Below, piece by piece: positions 49,235-58,194 of a DNA stretch of 64,000 nt. The notes beneath the pieces are model-generated. The model searched no databases and was not told where the DNA came from. It was given only the letters and a program-made list of their open reading frames with translations. Every line of letters starts with the position of its first letter. The stretch's first letter is position 1. A program made the position numbers and the translations under genes. Source of the DNA: an uncultured Gammaproteobacteria bacterium (GTDB lineage: Bacteria > Pseudomonadota > Gammaproteobacteria > Pseudomonadales > JAHEGP01); contig CAWEHR010000006.1 in assembly GCA_963808975.1 (NCBI GenBank), forward strand, positions 222,394 through 286,393, in the 5' to 3' direction.

Positions 49235-49507
49235 CTATCCGTGTTTCGATTTAAGTACTTCCACTGTATCGATGTAGGCCTGCATCGCGTCCTCGGCTGA
49301 CATCCCCTTGACCTCTTTCCAGGCTGAGTACTTGGCGCGGCCAGTGATGTTGGTGAAGCCGGGTTTGCTACCGGAGACATCGCCCTGGGTGGCCTGCTTG
49401 TACAGCCCGTACATCTGCAACTGCAGATCATTGGAGGGCTTGAAGTCACCTTCGGCGGTTTGCACATAGTTGACGGCAGCGTCGAATTTGTCGCTGAGCT
49501 CGCTCAT
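49235..49507 (-). CDS. Acyl-CoA-binding protein (ACBP)
   Basis: FDAAVNYV..KPSNDLQLQMYGLYKQAT.GD...KPG......AKYSAWK is the classic ACBP signature. AAGGGAG RBS. Confidence 0.9.
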   Translation of the reverse strand: MSELSDKFDAAVNYVQTAEGDFKPSNDLQLQMYGLYKQATQGDVSGSKPGFTNITGRAKYSAWKEVKGMSAEDAMQAYIDTVEVLKSKHG

Positions 49508-49626
49508 AAAATCTCCCTTTGGTTATATTATTGGGTTGACGCGGTTTGATTGTGGCCGCTTTTATAGGGTCGCACAAATTATTTTTAATTCCCCGCCCGC
49601 TGCGGAGCGCGACCGTTGCCAGGTCG

Positions 49627-50211
49627 TTACGATTCATCGAAGCAGAGCGTTCGATAGCGCGCAAAACGCAGTTCGTTGGACCAGTACTCTTTTGGTAGCC
49701 CGGCCTTTGCCAGCAAGTGCTCGAGAAAAAGCTCCGGCGTAGGTAGTTGCTGCCAGACTTTGGGTAAAAAGGTCGCGCGGTTGCCATCGTCATGCTCCAG
49801 CAACAGGCCGTCCAGTCCCGGGCGCAATTCTTGCAGCAACTCATCGCGGCTCGCAGCCACCAGTGGCTTCAATGGGGATAGAACCGAAATCTCAATCGCA
49901 ATGTACTCGAGTTCATCGGCTTGCAGGGGGGAAAACCGGGGGTCGCGAAAAGCGGCGCCCACCGCTGCCTCAGCCACGGCATTGGCCAGGGCATCTGCGG
50001 CCTGCAGGGAGCCGATGCAGCCGCGCAACTGCTTGTTCCTGGTCAGGGTGACGAACACCGCCGCTCTCGTTCGCAGGCTTGCTGGCAGGTGCTCCAGTGC
50101 CGGTAAACCCCGGCGCTCGCCCCGCAGGCGGTACTCGATTGCCTGGCGAGCAATCGCCAGCAGCCTGGTGCGCACGTCCCGGCCCTGCTCAATGGAGGAT
50201 AAAGGCGCCAT
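49627..50211 (-). CDS. AmmeMemoRadiSam system protein A (AMMECR1 domain)
   Basis: LRGCIGSL motif. Start at MAPLSS (50211), overlapping the Memo gene end by 23 nt. Confidence 0.85.
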   Translation of the reverse strand: MAPLSSIEQGRDVRTRLLAIARQAIEYRLRGERRGLPALEHLPASLRTRAAVFVTLTRNKQLRGCIGSLQAADALANAVAEAAVGAAFRDPRFSPLQADELEYIAIEISVLSPLKPLVAASRDELLQELRPGLDGLLLEHDDGNRATFLPKVWQQLPTPELFLEHLLAKAGLPKEYWSNELRFARYRTLCFDES

Positions 50212-50980
50212 AACCCACCACGCTCTCGCGGTCGCCCGCGGTATCTCCTGAGTTGCAGCGCTCGAGTAATTCCACTCGCAGGCCACTGGCTGTGTCGCTC
50301 GCCATCAGGCCATTGAGGGCGTTGGCGCCGCAAGCCTCTTCACCCACCAGTGAATCGCCCTTGGCAAGCAAGCGATCACAGGTGTGCCCATCGATTGTGT
50401 TTGCCTGCTCGTAGCGATGGAAGTGGGACAGGTCGCTGCTGACCACCAGCAGAGTTTTGGGGTCCTCGCAAAGCGTATCCATCGCCCGGGCAACGTGTCG
50501 TCGCTCACAGTTGCCCACTACCACGGGCACCAGGGTGAAGGCGTCGAGGGCAGATTGTAAAAACGGCAGCTGCACTTCCAGGCTGTGTTCCTCGCGGTGT
50601 GCCTCATCTGAAACCACCACAGCGGGCAATTGCGCGAGCCCTGTGATGGCCGCCCGATCGAGCTCTACCCTGCCCAGCGGCGTCTCGAAGGCATCCACCG
50701 CGGGCACTGCCATGCCCTGCAGGTAAACCCGATGAGCGGGGCCGAACAGCGCGACGCGACTGAATTGGTGACGAAAAGCCAGCAGGCAGTGGTAGGCCTG
50801 GGCTGCGGTGTGGCCCGAGTACACATAGCCGGCATGGGGCACGATCAGTGCCCGGGGCGGGACCAGGCTGCGCGTGCTGGCGGCGCTCATCAATGCCTCA
50901 ATGTGGTGTTGTAAGCGCCGGGCGTCGGCTTCATAAAACAGGCCGGCGACGGCGGCTTGTCGTATCTTCATTGAACTCAT
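50189..50980 (-). CDS. AmmeMemoRadiSam system protein B (MEMO1 family)
   Basis: AGLFY, PHAGYVYSG, SDLSHF motifs. 263 aa. Confidence 0.88.
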   Translation of the reverse strand: MSSMKIRQAAVAGLFYEADARRLQHHIEALMSAASTRSLVPPRALIVPHAGYVYSGHTAAQAYHCLLAFRHQFSRVALFGPAHRVYLQGMAVPAVDAFETPLGRVELDRAAITGLAQLPAVVVSDEAHREEHSLEVQLPFLQSALDAFTLVPVVVGNCERRHVARAMDTLCEDPKTLLVVSSDLSHFHRYEQANTIDGHTCDRLLAKGDSLVGEEACGANALNGLMASDTASGLRVELLERCNSGDTAGDRESVVGYGAFILH

Positions 50981-51049
50981 ACCCTCCCTGCAGGTCTATT
51001 TGCTTAACCATACTTGATATATGGGTAAGAGAGCTCCAAATTACAATAC

Positions 51050-52132
51050 ATGAATGAATCAATAGTATCGACCCGTTACTGGCACCGCATGGCCAATGGC
51101 CAGCTGCAGTGCGACCTGTGCCCCCGGCACTGCCACCTCCGCGATGGCCAGCGGGGCTTGTGCTATGTGCGTCAACGGCTGGATGATGAAATAAAGCTGG
51201 TGAGCTACGGCCGGTCCAGCGGCTTTTGTGTCGACCCCATCGAGAAAAAGCCCCTCAATCATTTTTTTCCCGGCAGTCGGGTGCTGTCCTTCGGTACCGC
51301 CGGCTGCAACCTCGCCTGCAAGTTTTGCCAGAACTGGGACATGAGCAAATCCAGGGAGATGGATGTGCTCGCGGATGCCGCCAGCCCCGGGCAACTGGCT
51401 GAGGCTGCGGCGGCGGCGGGCTGCCGCAGTATTGCCTTCACCTACAATGACCCGGTCATTTTTCTCGAGTATGCGGTGGATGTCGCCGCCGCCTGCCGTG
51501 CGCGGGACATCAAAACAGTGGCTGTGACCGCCGGCTATATAGACCCCGAGCCCCGGGCCGAGTTCTTTGCCGCGATGGACGCCGCCAACGTCGATCTCAA
51601 GGCGTTTACCGATCGATTTTACCATAAAGTCTGTGGCGGTCATCTGGCGCCGGTGCTGGATACACTGCAGTACATCGTGCACCAGACCGACACCTGGCTG
51701 GAGCTGACCACCCTGTTGATACCGGGGGAAAACGACTCCGATGCCGAACTGGAGCAGATGACCCGCTGGGTAGTGGATCATCTCGGACGCGACGTGCCGA
51801 TGCACTTCACCGCGTTCCATCCGGACTGGAAAATGCGCGAGCATTCATCCACGCCCGGCGCCACCCTTACCCGGGCCCGCACCATCGCCCGGGCCAACGG
51901 TGTGCGCCATGCCTATGTGGGTAATGTGCACGACGCGCGGGGTTCAAGCACCTGGTGCCACCATTGTGATGCGCTGCTGGTGGAGCGCGACTGGTATCAA
52001 CTGGGCCGTTGGGGCCTCGACGCAGACGGCAACTGTGCATCCTGTGGAACCGCGTTGGCGGGGTATTTTGACGGGCCCCCTGCGCGCTCTGTCATCCAGC
52101 CCTCCCGGGTTCGAATTGCGCCGTTTCCCTGA
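51050..52132 (+). CDS. AmmeMemoRadiSam system radical SAM enzyme
   Basis: CNLACKFCQNW (CxxxCxxC) plus N-terminal CDLCPRHC and C-terminal CHHC..C..C Cys clusters. Divergent from the B-A pair. Confidence 0.88.
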   Translation: MNESIVSTRYWHRMANGQLQCDLCPRHCHLRDGQRGLCYVRQRLDDEIKLVSYGRSSGFCVDPIEKKPLNHFFPGSRVLSFGTAGCNLACKFCQNWDMSKSREMDVLADAASPGQLAEAAAAAGCRSIAFTYNDPVIFLEYAVDVAAACRARDIKTVAVTAGYIDPEPRAEFFAAMDAANVDLKAFTDRFYHKVCGGHLAPVLDTLQYIVHQTDTWLELTTLLIPGENDSDAELEQMTRWVVDHLGRDVPMHFTAFHPDWKMREHSSTPGATLTRARTIARANGVRHAYVGNVHDARGSSTWCHHCDALLVERDWYQLGRWGLDADGNCASCGTALAGYFDGPPARSVIQPSRVRIAPFP

Positions 52133-52231
52133 TTATTACCGGGGTTTGCCAGCGGCGGGATCAGGCAATAGAATTTTGTGACACTGACTGCGGCGGATGA
52201 CGGCTGATCGCAATGCTATCAGGAGGCGCTC

Positions 52232-52984
52232 ATGATCAAGGGTGTACTACTCGATATTGCCGGGGTGCTGGAACAGGACGGTGCCGCGGTGGAGGGTTCC
52301 CTCGACGCCGTGGTCGAACTCAAGGCACGGGGTTACGCACTGCGATTTATCACCAACACCTCGCGCCGCAGTCGCCGGGTGCTATGCCGGGATCTTCAGC
52401 GCCTCGGGTTTGCTGCCCGCGAGCCCGATGTATATACCGCGCCGCTGGCGATTCGCCAGCGGCTGGAGCAAGCGCAACTTGAACCCCTGCTATTGATCGA
52501 CCCCGCTCTTGCAGAGGATTTTGCCGGGCTGAGTGGTGGTGAGGGCGTGGCCGTTGTGGTTTGCGATGCGGCCGACGGTTTTACCTACGCGGCGATGAAC
52601 CGTGCGTTCCAGGCCCTGCTCGAAGGCGCCGGCTTGTTCGCCGTCGGGGACAATCGCTACTACCGTGCCAACGAGCAGTTCATGCTGGATGCCGGTCCCT
52701 TTGTGCGAGCCCTGGAATACGCCGCCGATTGCAGTGCCGAGATTCTCGGCAAGCCCGCGGCCGGCTTTTTTCATGCGGCGGTGGCTGACATGGGTTGCCA
52801 GCCGGAGCAAAGCCTGATGGTGGGCGACGATGTGACGGCCGATGTGCTCGGTGCCCTGGATGCAGGGCTGCAGGCCTGCCTGGTGCGAACCGGCAAATAC
52901 CGGCCTGAGGACGAGCGGGCGCTGGCCGGCTCATCGGCGTTGATTTACGACAATCTGGCACAGCTGGTGGCGAACCTGCCTTAA
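52232..52984 (+). CDS. HAD-IIA family hydrolase (TIGR01458/LHPP-like)
   Basis: Motif I LLDIAGVL, FITNTS, GKP, MVGDDVTADV. Confidence 0.85.
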   Translation: MIKGVLLDIAGVLEQDGAAVEGSLDAVVELKARGYALRFITNTSRRSRRVLCRDLQRLGFAAREPDVYTAPLAIRQRLEQAQLEPLLLIDPALAEDFAGLSGGEGVAVVVCDAADGFTYAAMNRAFQALLEGAGLFAVGDNRYYRANEQFMLDAGPFVRALEYAADCSAEILGKPAAGFFHAAVADMGCQPEQSLMVGDDVTADVLGALDAGLQACLVRTGKYRPEDERALAGSSALIYDNLAQLVANLP

Positions 52985-53185
52985 GCATTTCTGGCTGGTC
53001 GGGTATTTTCGAGCGGGACCGTGCGCCGGTTGGACCCGGCGGCCGGCGACCCGGCGGCCGGCGTCCCGGCGGCCGGCGCCCCGGCGCTCGAGCCTACATG
53101 GACGTATTCATCGGGGGACGCCCAATTCCGCGTCCCGGGTGGAAAAATCCGGGCCTACCGCTGCGGCATAAGAATGAACATCCCT
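52985..53185 (+). repeat. Intergenic repeat family A, copy 2 (about 200 bp) with internal 15-bp x3 VNTR (CCCGGCGGCCGGCGN, 53035-53088)
   Basis: See copy 1. Starts at the nucleotide after the HAD stop codon. Contains the hairpin GGGACGC-ccaattcc-GCGTCCC. Confidence 0.85.
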
Positions 53186-53348
53186 TATGGTGTAGCACCG
53201 ACCTATTCCTCCGCCGGGTTTGAGCTCCCGCCTCTTGTGCTCCCGTTGCCACCGAAACGGGGTCAAAGTTCGATTGGATCAAGGCAACAACCCCCTGCGC
53301 GCCTTACATTGGTAAATGCAACGGCTGGCAGCGAGGAGATAGAACACG

Positions 53349-53408
53349 ATGGCAACTACAACGATAGCAACTACAACGATGGCAACTACAACGATGGCAA
53401 CTACAGAG
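53349..53408 (+). repeat. 15-bp tandem repeat (ATGGCAACTACAACG) x4 forming the 5' end of the TPP-enzyme CDS
   Basis: Read directly. Units 1, 3 and 4 begin with ATG, unit 2 with ATA. Encodes MATTT IATTT MATTT MATTE. Confidence 0.95.
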
Positions 53409-55178
53409 GAATCCGTGAGCAATACCCGCATCGGCGGTGAGGTACTGGCCGCCATGTTGGCCGCAGAGGGCGTCACCACGGTCTTTGGCATTGTTGATGG
53501 CACTTATCTGGGTTTTTATACCGCATTCGCCAAATACGGTATCAACCTGGTATCGCCCCGCCACGAGACCAGTGCTGCCCATATGGCCGGCGCCTATGCC
53601 CGCTCCACTGGCAAGCTCGGGGTGTGCATGGCGAGTAACGGGCCAGGAGTTGCTAATATCCTTCCCGGTGTCGCGGTGGAGAGCGGGGAGGGTAATCGGG
53701 TATTGCTGATTACCAGTTGCCGGCGCACCGGTATTGCCTATCCCGACCGGGGCGGTACCTTTCAGTATTTCGACCAGGTGGGTGTCACCGCGCCGATGAC
53801 AAAATGGAGTGCCACCGTCGGCAGTCACGAGCGTCTCCCCGGCCTGGCTCGCCAGGCCTTGCAACAGTGCTGGAGTGGTCGCCCGGCGGTGGTGCACCTG
53901 GATGTCCCGGAAAATATACTCAACGGCGCCTTTGCCTTGCCCGCAGGCCCCGAGGCTGCGCCATCCAGCTACCGCCCCACGGCTCCGATGGCGGTCGATC
54001 CGGCCCAGGTTGCTGCTGCGGCAAAACTGCTGCGCGAGGCCGACTTGCCGGTAATCCATGCCGGCAGTGGCATCGTGCATGCCCAGGCCGCGGAAGAACT
54101 GCACGCCGTGGCCACCGCCCTGGCGGCGCCCATTACCTGTAGTTGGGGAGCCAGGGGTGTACTCGATGAGGACAACCCGCTAAGCATTCCCAACAGTACC
54201 CTGAGCACCGCCGAGAGCGCCCGCAGTCGTAGCGACCTGTTCCTGGTGCTTGGCTCCCGCCTGGGTGAAACCGACTGGTGGGGACGGGGACACCACTGGG
54301 GCGGCTCCGATCCGGCGATCGCCAAGCGCACCATCCAGGTCGATATCGATGCCGCAGTTATCGGCCACAATCGCCCGGTGGATCTCGCGATTCAGGGTGA
54401 TGTGAAAGTCTTTCTTGCGCTGCTGCTGGAACTATTACAGCGCGAGCCAATGGACGCTTCCATCCTGGCGTCACGCAACCATGTTGTCGCCCGGCTGGTG
54501 GAGGAAAAGGCGAAAACCCGGGCCGAGCTGGATGCTGCCCTGGCGGTGGAGACCACGCCGATGCATCCCGCCCATGTGCCGAGCGTCGCCAGGGAAGTAT
54601 TCGGCGATGACGCCATGCTGGTCATCGATGGAGGTAATACGGCGGTCTGGTGCGCCCATTACTACCGCAATGCGCGCCCCGATGCCATTTACTCCACTTT
54701 CAAATTCGGCATGCTCGGGGCCGGCGTCGGCCAGGCGCTGGGGCTCAAGGTCGCGCATCCCGGGCGCCCGGTGCTTTGCATCATCGGTGATGGCGCCATG
54801 GGCATGCATCTGCAGGAGGTGGAGACTGCGGTCCGGGAGAAGCTGCCGGTGGTCTATCTTGTCCTCTGCGACCGCCAGTGGGGCATGGTCAAGCTTACCC
54901 AGCAGTTTGGCATCGGCGAGCTGCGCGCCAGTATGGGCATTGAGGCAGAGGGCACCATCAATACCGACTTCGAGGAGATCCGTTTCGATCAGGTGGCCCG
55001 GGCGATGGGCGCCCACGGCGCCCGGGTTGACGACCCGGGGCAGCTGCGCGCGGTGCTGGAGCAGGCCATTGCCAGCGGCCAGCCGGCGGTGGTGCACGTC
55101 GATGTCGACCCTGCCGCGCACCTGTGGGCGCCAAACCTGCTGCAGTTCAAGGAGATGCATGGCGAACCGGTAGGCTGA
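53349..55178 (+). CDS. Thiamine-diphosphate-dependent enzyme (acetolactate synthase/decarboxylase superfamily), specificity unknown
   Basis: Three-domain ALS-like layout: GGEVLAAMLAAEGVTTVFG, HETSAAHMA, TPP motif GDGAMGMH...LVLCDRQWG. GAGGAG 10 nt upstream of the first ATG. Confidence 0.88.
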   Translation: MATTTIATTTMATTTMATTEESVSNTRIGGEVLAAMLAAEGVTTVFGIVDGTYLGFYTAFAKYGINLVSPRHETSAAHMAGAYARSTGKLGVCMASNGPGVANILPGVAVESGEGNRVLLITSCRRTGIAYPDRGGTFQYFDQVGVTAPMTKWSATVGSHERLPGLARQALQQCWSGRPAVVHLDVPENILNGAFALPAGPEAAPSSYRPTAPMAVDPAQVAAAAKLLREADLPVIHAGSGIVHAQAAEELHAVATALAAPITCSWGARGVLDEDNPLSIPNSTLSTAESARSRSDLFLVLGSRLGETDWWGRGHHWGGSDPAIAKRTIQVDIDAAVIGHNRPVDLAIQGDVKVFLALLLELLQREPMDASILASRNHVVARLVEEKAKTRAELDAALAVETTPMHPAHVPSVAREVFGDDAMLVIDGGNTAVWCAHYYRNARPDAIYSTFKFGMLGAGVGQALGLKVAHPGRPVLCIIGDGAMGMHLQEVETAVREKLPVVYLVLCDRQWGMVKLTQQFGIGELRASMGIEAEGTINTDFEEIRFDQVARAMGAHGARVDDPGQLRAVLEQAIASGQPAVVHVDVDPAAHLWAPNLLQFKEMHGEPVG

Positions 55179-55196
55179 ACGGCGAGGCGACCGCTG

Positions 55197-56144
55197 ATGG
55201 AATACGCCATCGACGCGATCCAGCTAAACTTCCAGCCCGGCAAGCTGCTGGCCCTCAACGGTATTCTCGCATTGCTGATGTTTGCCGTTGCCCTGGATTT
55301 GCGGCCGGCGGATTTTCGCGCCGTGGTGCGTAAACCGAAAGGGCCGCTGGTGGGAATCGCCACCCAGTTGCTATTGTTGCCCGCCGCTACTTTTTTACTG
55401 GTACAGGTGGTCGACCCGATCCCCAGCGTCAAACTGGGCATGATGCTGGTGGCAGCCTGCCCGGGCGGCAACGTCTCCAATTTCCTCGTATGGCTCGCCC
55501 ATGGCAATACCGCCCTGTCGGTGGGCATGACCGCCGTCACCAGTTCCGCCGCGGTGGTCATGACGCCGTTCAACCTGGCCTTCTGGGCATCCCTGGATCC
55601 GGATACCCGTGCTCTATTGTCTGCCATCGCGATCGACCCCTGGCAGATGTTCACCACCATCTTCCTGATCCTGGCTTTGCCGCTGGCTGCCGGCATGTGG
55701 GTGCGGTCGCACTTCGAGACTTTCAGTGCGCGCATACAGCGACCGATTCGGGTGGCGGGGGGCACTGTTTTCCTGGGCTTTATCCTGATCGCCTTTTACC
55801 AGGCACGGGCCTTCCTGACCCTCGATATACTGCCGGTGCTGGGTATTGTTATCGTTCACAATGCCATGGCCCTTGGGCTGGGTTACACGGCGGCCCGATT
55901 GCTGCGGTTACCTTGCCGGGATCGGCGGGCGGTGACCATCGAGGTGGGGGTGCAAAACAGTGGGCTTGGTCTCGCCCTGGTGTTCAATTTTTTTGCCGGG
56001 CTGGGAGGCGTTGCCATAGTCGCCGCATGGTGGGGCACCTGGCATCTGGTGGGGGGCTTCGTGGCGGCGATGGTATGGTCCCGGGTGCCCGTTGGGCCCG
56101 ACCCAGGGCAGTGCCAATCCGAGCCGCAACAGAAGAGGAGGTGA
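55197..56144 (+). CDS. Bile acid:Na+ symporter (BASS) family transporter
   Basis: 315 aa, about 9-10 TM. ACPGGNVSN signature. Confidence 0.85.
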   Translation: MEYAIDAIQLNFQPGKLLALNGILALLMFAVALDLRPADFRAVVRKPKGPLVGIATQLLLLPAATFLLVQVVDPIPSVKLGMMLVAACPGGNVSNFLVWLAHGNTALSVGMTAVTSSAAVVMTPFNLAFWASLDPDTRALLSAIAIDPWQMFTTIFLILALPLAAGMWVRSHFETFSARIQRPIRVAGGTVFLGFILIAFYQARAFLTLDILPVLGIVIVHNAMALGLGYTAARLLRLPCRDRRAVTIEVGVQNSGLGLALVFNFFAGLGGVAIVAAWWGTWHLVGGFVAAMVWSRVPVGPDPGQCQSEPQQKRR

Positions 56145-56146
56145 CC

Positions 56147-57916
56147 ATGGCGAGGAATATCCTGGTGACCGGCGCTGCCGGCTATATCGGCAGCCTTGCC
56201 GTTACCGCCCTTGCCGGGGACGCCCGGGTGGGCACCGTGGTGGCTTACGACCTGCACGAGTCGCGGGCCCCGGCGCCGGTCGTGGTGGTCAAGGGCGATA
56301 TCACCCGCGATGATCTGGGCGCCCTGCTGGGGCACTATGCGATCGATACCGTGGTCCACCTCGCCAGTATTCTCAAGCCCCCGGTCGGCGCACCGGCAGA
56401 TCTGGCCCGGCAGGTGGATGTCGAGGGCACACGGCGCCTGCTCGAGGCCTGTGTCGCGACCGGTGTCCGGCATCTGGTGGTCACCACCAGCGGCGCGGCC
56501 TATGGCTACCACGCTGACAACCCCATGTGGCTGAGCGAAGACGCACCGATTCGCGGTCATGACGCCTTCGAGTACAGCCGCAATAAACGCCAGGTGGAGG
56601 AGCTGCTGGCCGCTTACCGCCAAAGCCATCCGCAGCTGGGCCAGTTGGTGCTGCGCCCGGGTACGGTAATCGGTAAGGGAGCGCACAGTCCGGTTACCGA
56701 GATTTTTGAGGGGCCGCTGGTTGTCGGCGTGGCGGGCAGTGATGCGCCGTTCGTCTTTATCTGGGACCGCGACCTTGCCGAGATCGTGCGTCGGGGAGCA
56801 CTGGAGCAGCGCCGGGGCATCTACAACCTCGCGGGTGATGGAGCCCTCACCGCACGGGAAATCGCGCGGCGAATGGGCAAGGTGTACCTGCCACTGCCGG
56901 CGAGTGTACTGGGTACCGCACTGGGGCTGCTGAAACGCCTCGGTAAAAGCGCCCATGGCCCGGAAACCGTTGATTTTTTGCGCTACCGGCCGGTGCTGTC
57001 GAACCACAGGCTCAAAACAGAATTCGGCTACCAACCGCTATCGTCGGCGGCGGCGTTCCATACCTGGCTTGACGATGCCGATACCCCGGCTGACCCTGCG
57101 GCTGCGGGGAATGTGGATTATCGCCAGGTGGTCGTTATCACCGGTGGCGCAGGCGCTATCGGCAGAGCCCTGGCGCGGCGCTGGATCATTGCCGGCGCCT
57201 ACGTGGCGTTGCTTGATTTCGAGCCTGAATCCCTGGCCAGGGCCGAGGCTGAACTGGCGGGGCTCGGCGGTGAGCTGATCGCTGTAGACGCCGACGTGAC
57301 CGATTATGACGCCTGCCAGCGCGCCATGAAGACAGTGGTAGATCGATTCGGCCGCATCGATATCGTGGTCAACAATGCGGGCACGGTGCATCGCAGCGCC
57401 TTCAAAGACACCGATCTCAGGGTGTTCCGGCGGGTGATGGAGGTCAATTTCACCGGTAGCTTGAATGTTACCCGGGCCGCATTGCCCCAGTTGCTGCAAA
57501 CCCGGGGAATGATCGTGGTTATCAGCAGCATAGCCGGCGTCGCGCCGCTGTACGGACGCAGCGGTTATGCCGCCAGTAAGCATGCCCTGCACGGCCTGTT
57601 CGAATCGGCGCGCTGTGAGCTGGCCGAGGACGGTGTCGATGTGTTGATGGTATGCCCCAGTTTTACCCGCAGTTCCTTCGAGCAGCGGGCGATGGGCGCA
57701 GATGGCAACGCGGCCGGCACGCCACGATCCATGACCGGAACGCTGGCAGAGCCGGAAGAGGTTGCCGATGCTATTGTGGCCGCCGCTGACAGCGGCAGGG
57801 AACTGCTGGTTCTGACCAGACTGGGTGTGCTTTCCTACTACCTGTCTCGACTGGCGCCGGGCTGGTACCGGCGAGCCATGGTGCGCCGGCTCAAGGGCGA
57901 CGGCGCGGTGCGCTAA
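56147..57916 (+). CDS. Two-domain fusion: NAD-dependent epimerase/dehydratase-like (extended SDR) + classical SDR
   Basis: GAGGAGG then ATG 56147, 2 nt after the BASS stop. N-domain VTGAAGYIGS..YSRNK. Linker DTPADPAAAGN. C-domain ITGGAGAIGRA..NNAG..YAASK. The 808-aa ORF start at 55490 is an out-of-frame overlap with BASS and is rejected. Confidence 0.85.
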   Translation: MARNILVTGAAGYIGSLAVTALAGDARVGTVVAYDLHESRAPAPVVVVKGDITRDDLGALLGHYAIDTVVHLASILKPPVGAPADLARQVDVEGTRRLLEACVATGVRHLVVTTSGAAYGYHADNPMWLSEDAPIRGHDAFEYSRNKRQVEELLAAYRQSHPQLGQLVLRPGTVIGKGAHSPVTEIFEGPLVVGVAGSDAPFVFIWDRDLAEIVRRGALEQRRGIYNLAGDGALTAREIARRMGKVYLPLPASVLGTALGLLKRLGKSAHGPETVDFLRYRPVLSNHRLKTEFGYQPLSSAAAFHTWLDDADTPADPAAAGNVDYRQVVVITGGAGAIGRALARRWIIAGAYVALLDFEPESLARAEAELAGLGGELIAVDADVTDYDACQRAMKTVVDRFGRIDIVVNNAGTVHRSAFKDTDLRVFRRVMEVNFTGSLNVTRAALPQLLQTRGMIVVISSIAGVAPLYGRSGYAASKHALHGLFESARCELAEDGVDVLMVCPSFTRSSFEQRAMGADGNAAGTPRSMTGTLAEPEEVADAIVAAADSGRELLVLTRLGVLSYYLSRLAPGWYRRAMVRRLKGDGAVR

Positions 57917-58124
57917 CCGCCATCTCTCACCGATATTTGGAATTTTCGTTGAGAGATTGTGCACTGTGCGGGATTTTCCGACCAAGGGCATAGCCGCAGC
58001 TATGGCCGCGGGAGAAAAATTTCGCACAGGGTGCAAGATCCGGCGATAAACCAAATAGGCTATTGAGCTGCAGCAGAAGGTAGCGATGAATACAGACCGC
58101 CGAATCGCTGAGATATGGCGGTTA
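57914..58124. mobile_element. MITE-like palindromic element, copy 1 (211 bp)
   Basis: About 20-bp terminal inverted repeats TAACCGCCATCTCTCACCGAT / ATCGCTGAGATATGGCGGTTA. Colinear with copy 2. Its first three nt, TAA, are the stop codon of the SDR-fusion gene. Flanked by TA. Confidence 0.8.
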
Positions 58125-58194
58125 ATCACAGGCAGTTGCTGCCCGCATTGCCTACCTACTTTACAGTTTGGCGGTCACGGGCTGAGGAGGAAAC

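Noticed and set aside
52107-52116. GGGTTCGAAT, a tRNA T-arm-like motif
   Set aside because: Sits inside the radical SAM CDS with no acceptor or anticodon arms around it. I found no tRNA in the window.
53035-53408. Possibility that the short tandem repeats (here and at 8196 and 14527) are CRISPR arrays
   Set aside because: The units are contiguous with no spacers and are only 6-15 bp long. No cas genes are present.
55490-56146. N-terminal 219 codons of the 808-aa ORF 55490..57916
   Set aside because: Overlaps the BASS transporter out of frame and is Arg/Gly/His-rich. A strong GAGGAGG-ATG at 56147 begins exactly where SDR homology starts.
55883-58129. Minus-strand ORFs 55883..57034 (383 aa) and 57038..58129 (363 aa)
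   Set aside because: Lie antisense to the SDR-fusion gene with no motifs. The 3' part of the second only looks conserved with ORF 58882..59703 because both read through MITE copies.
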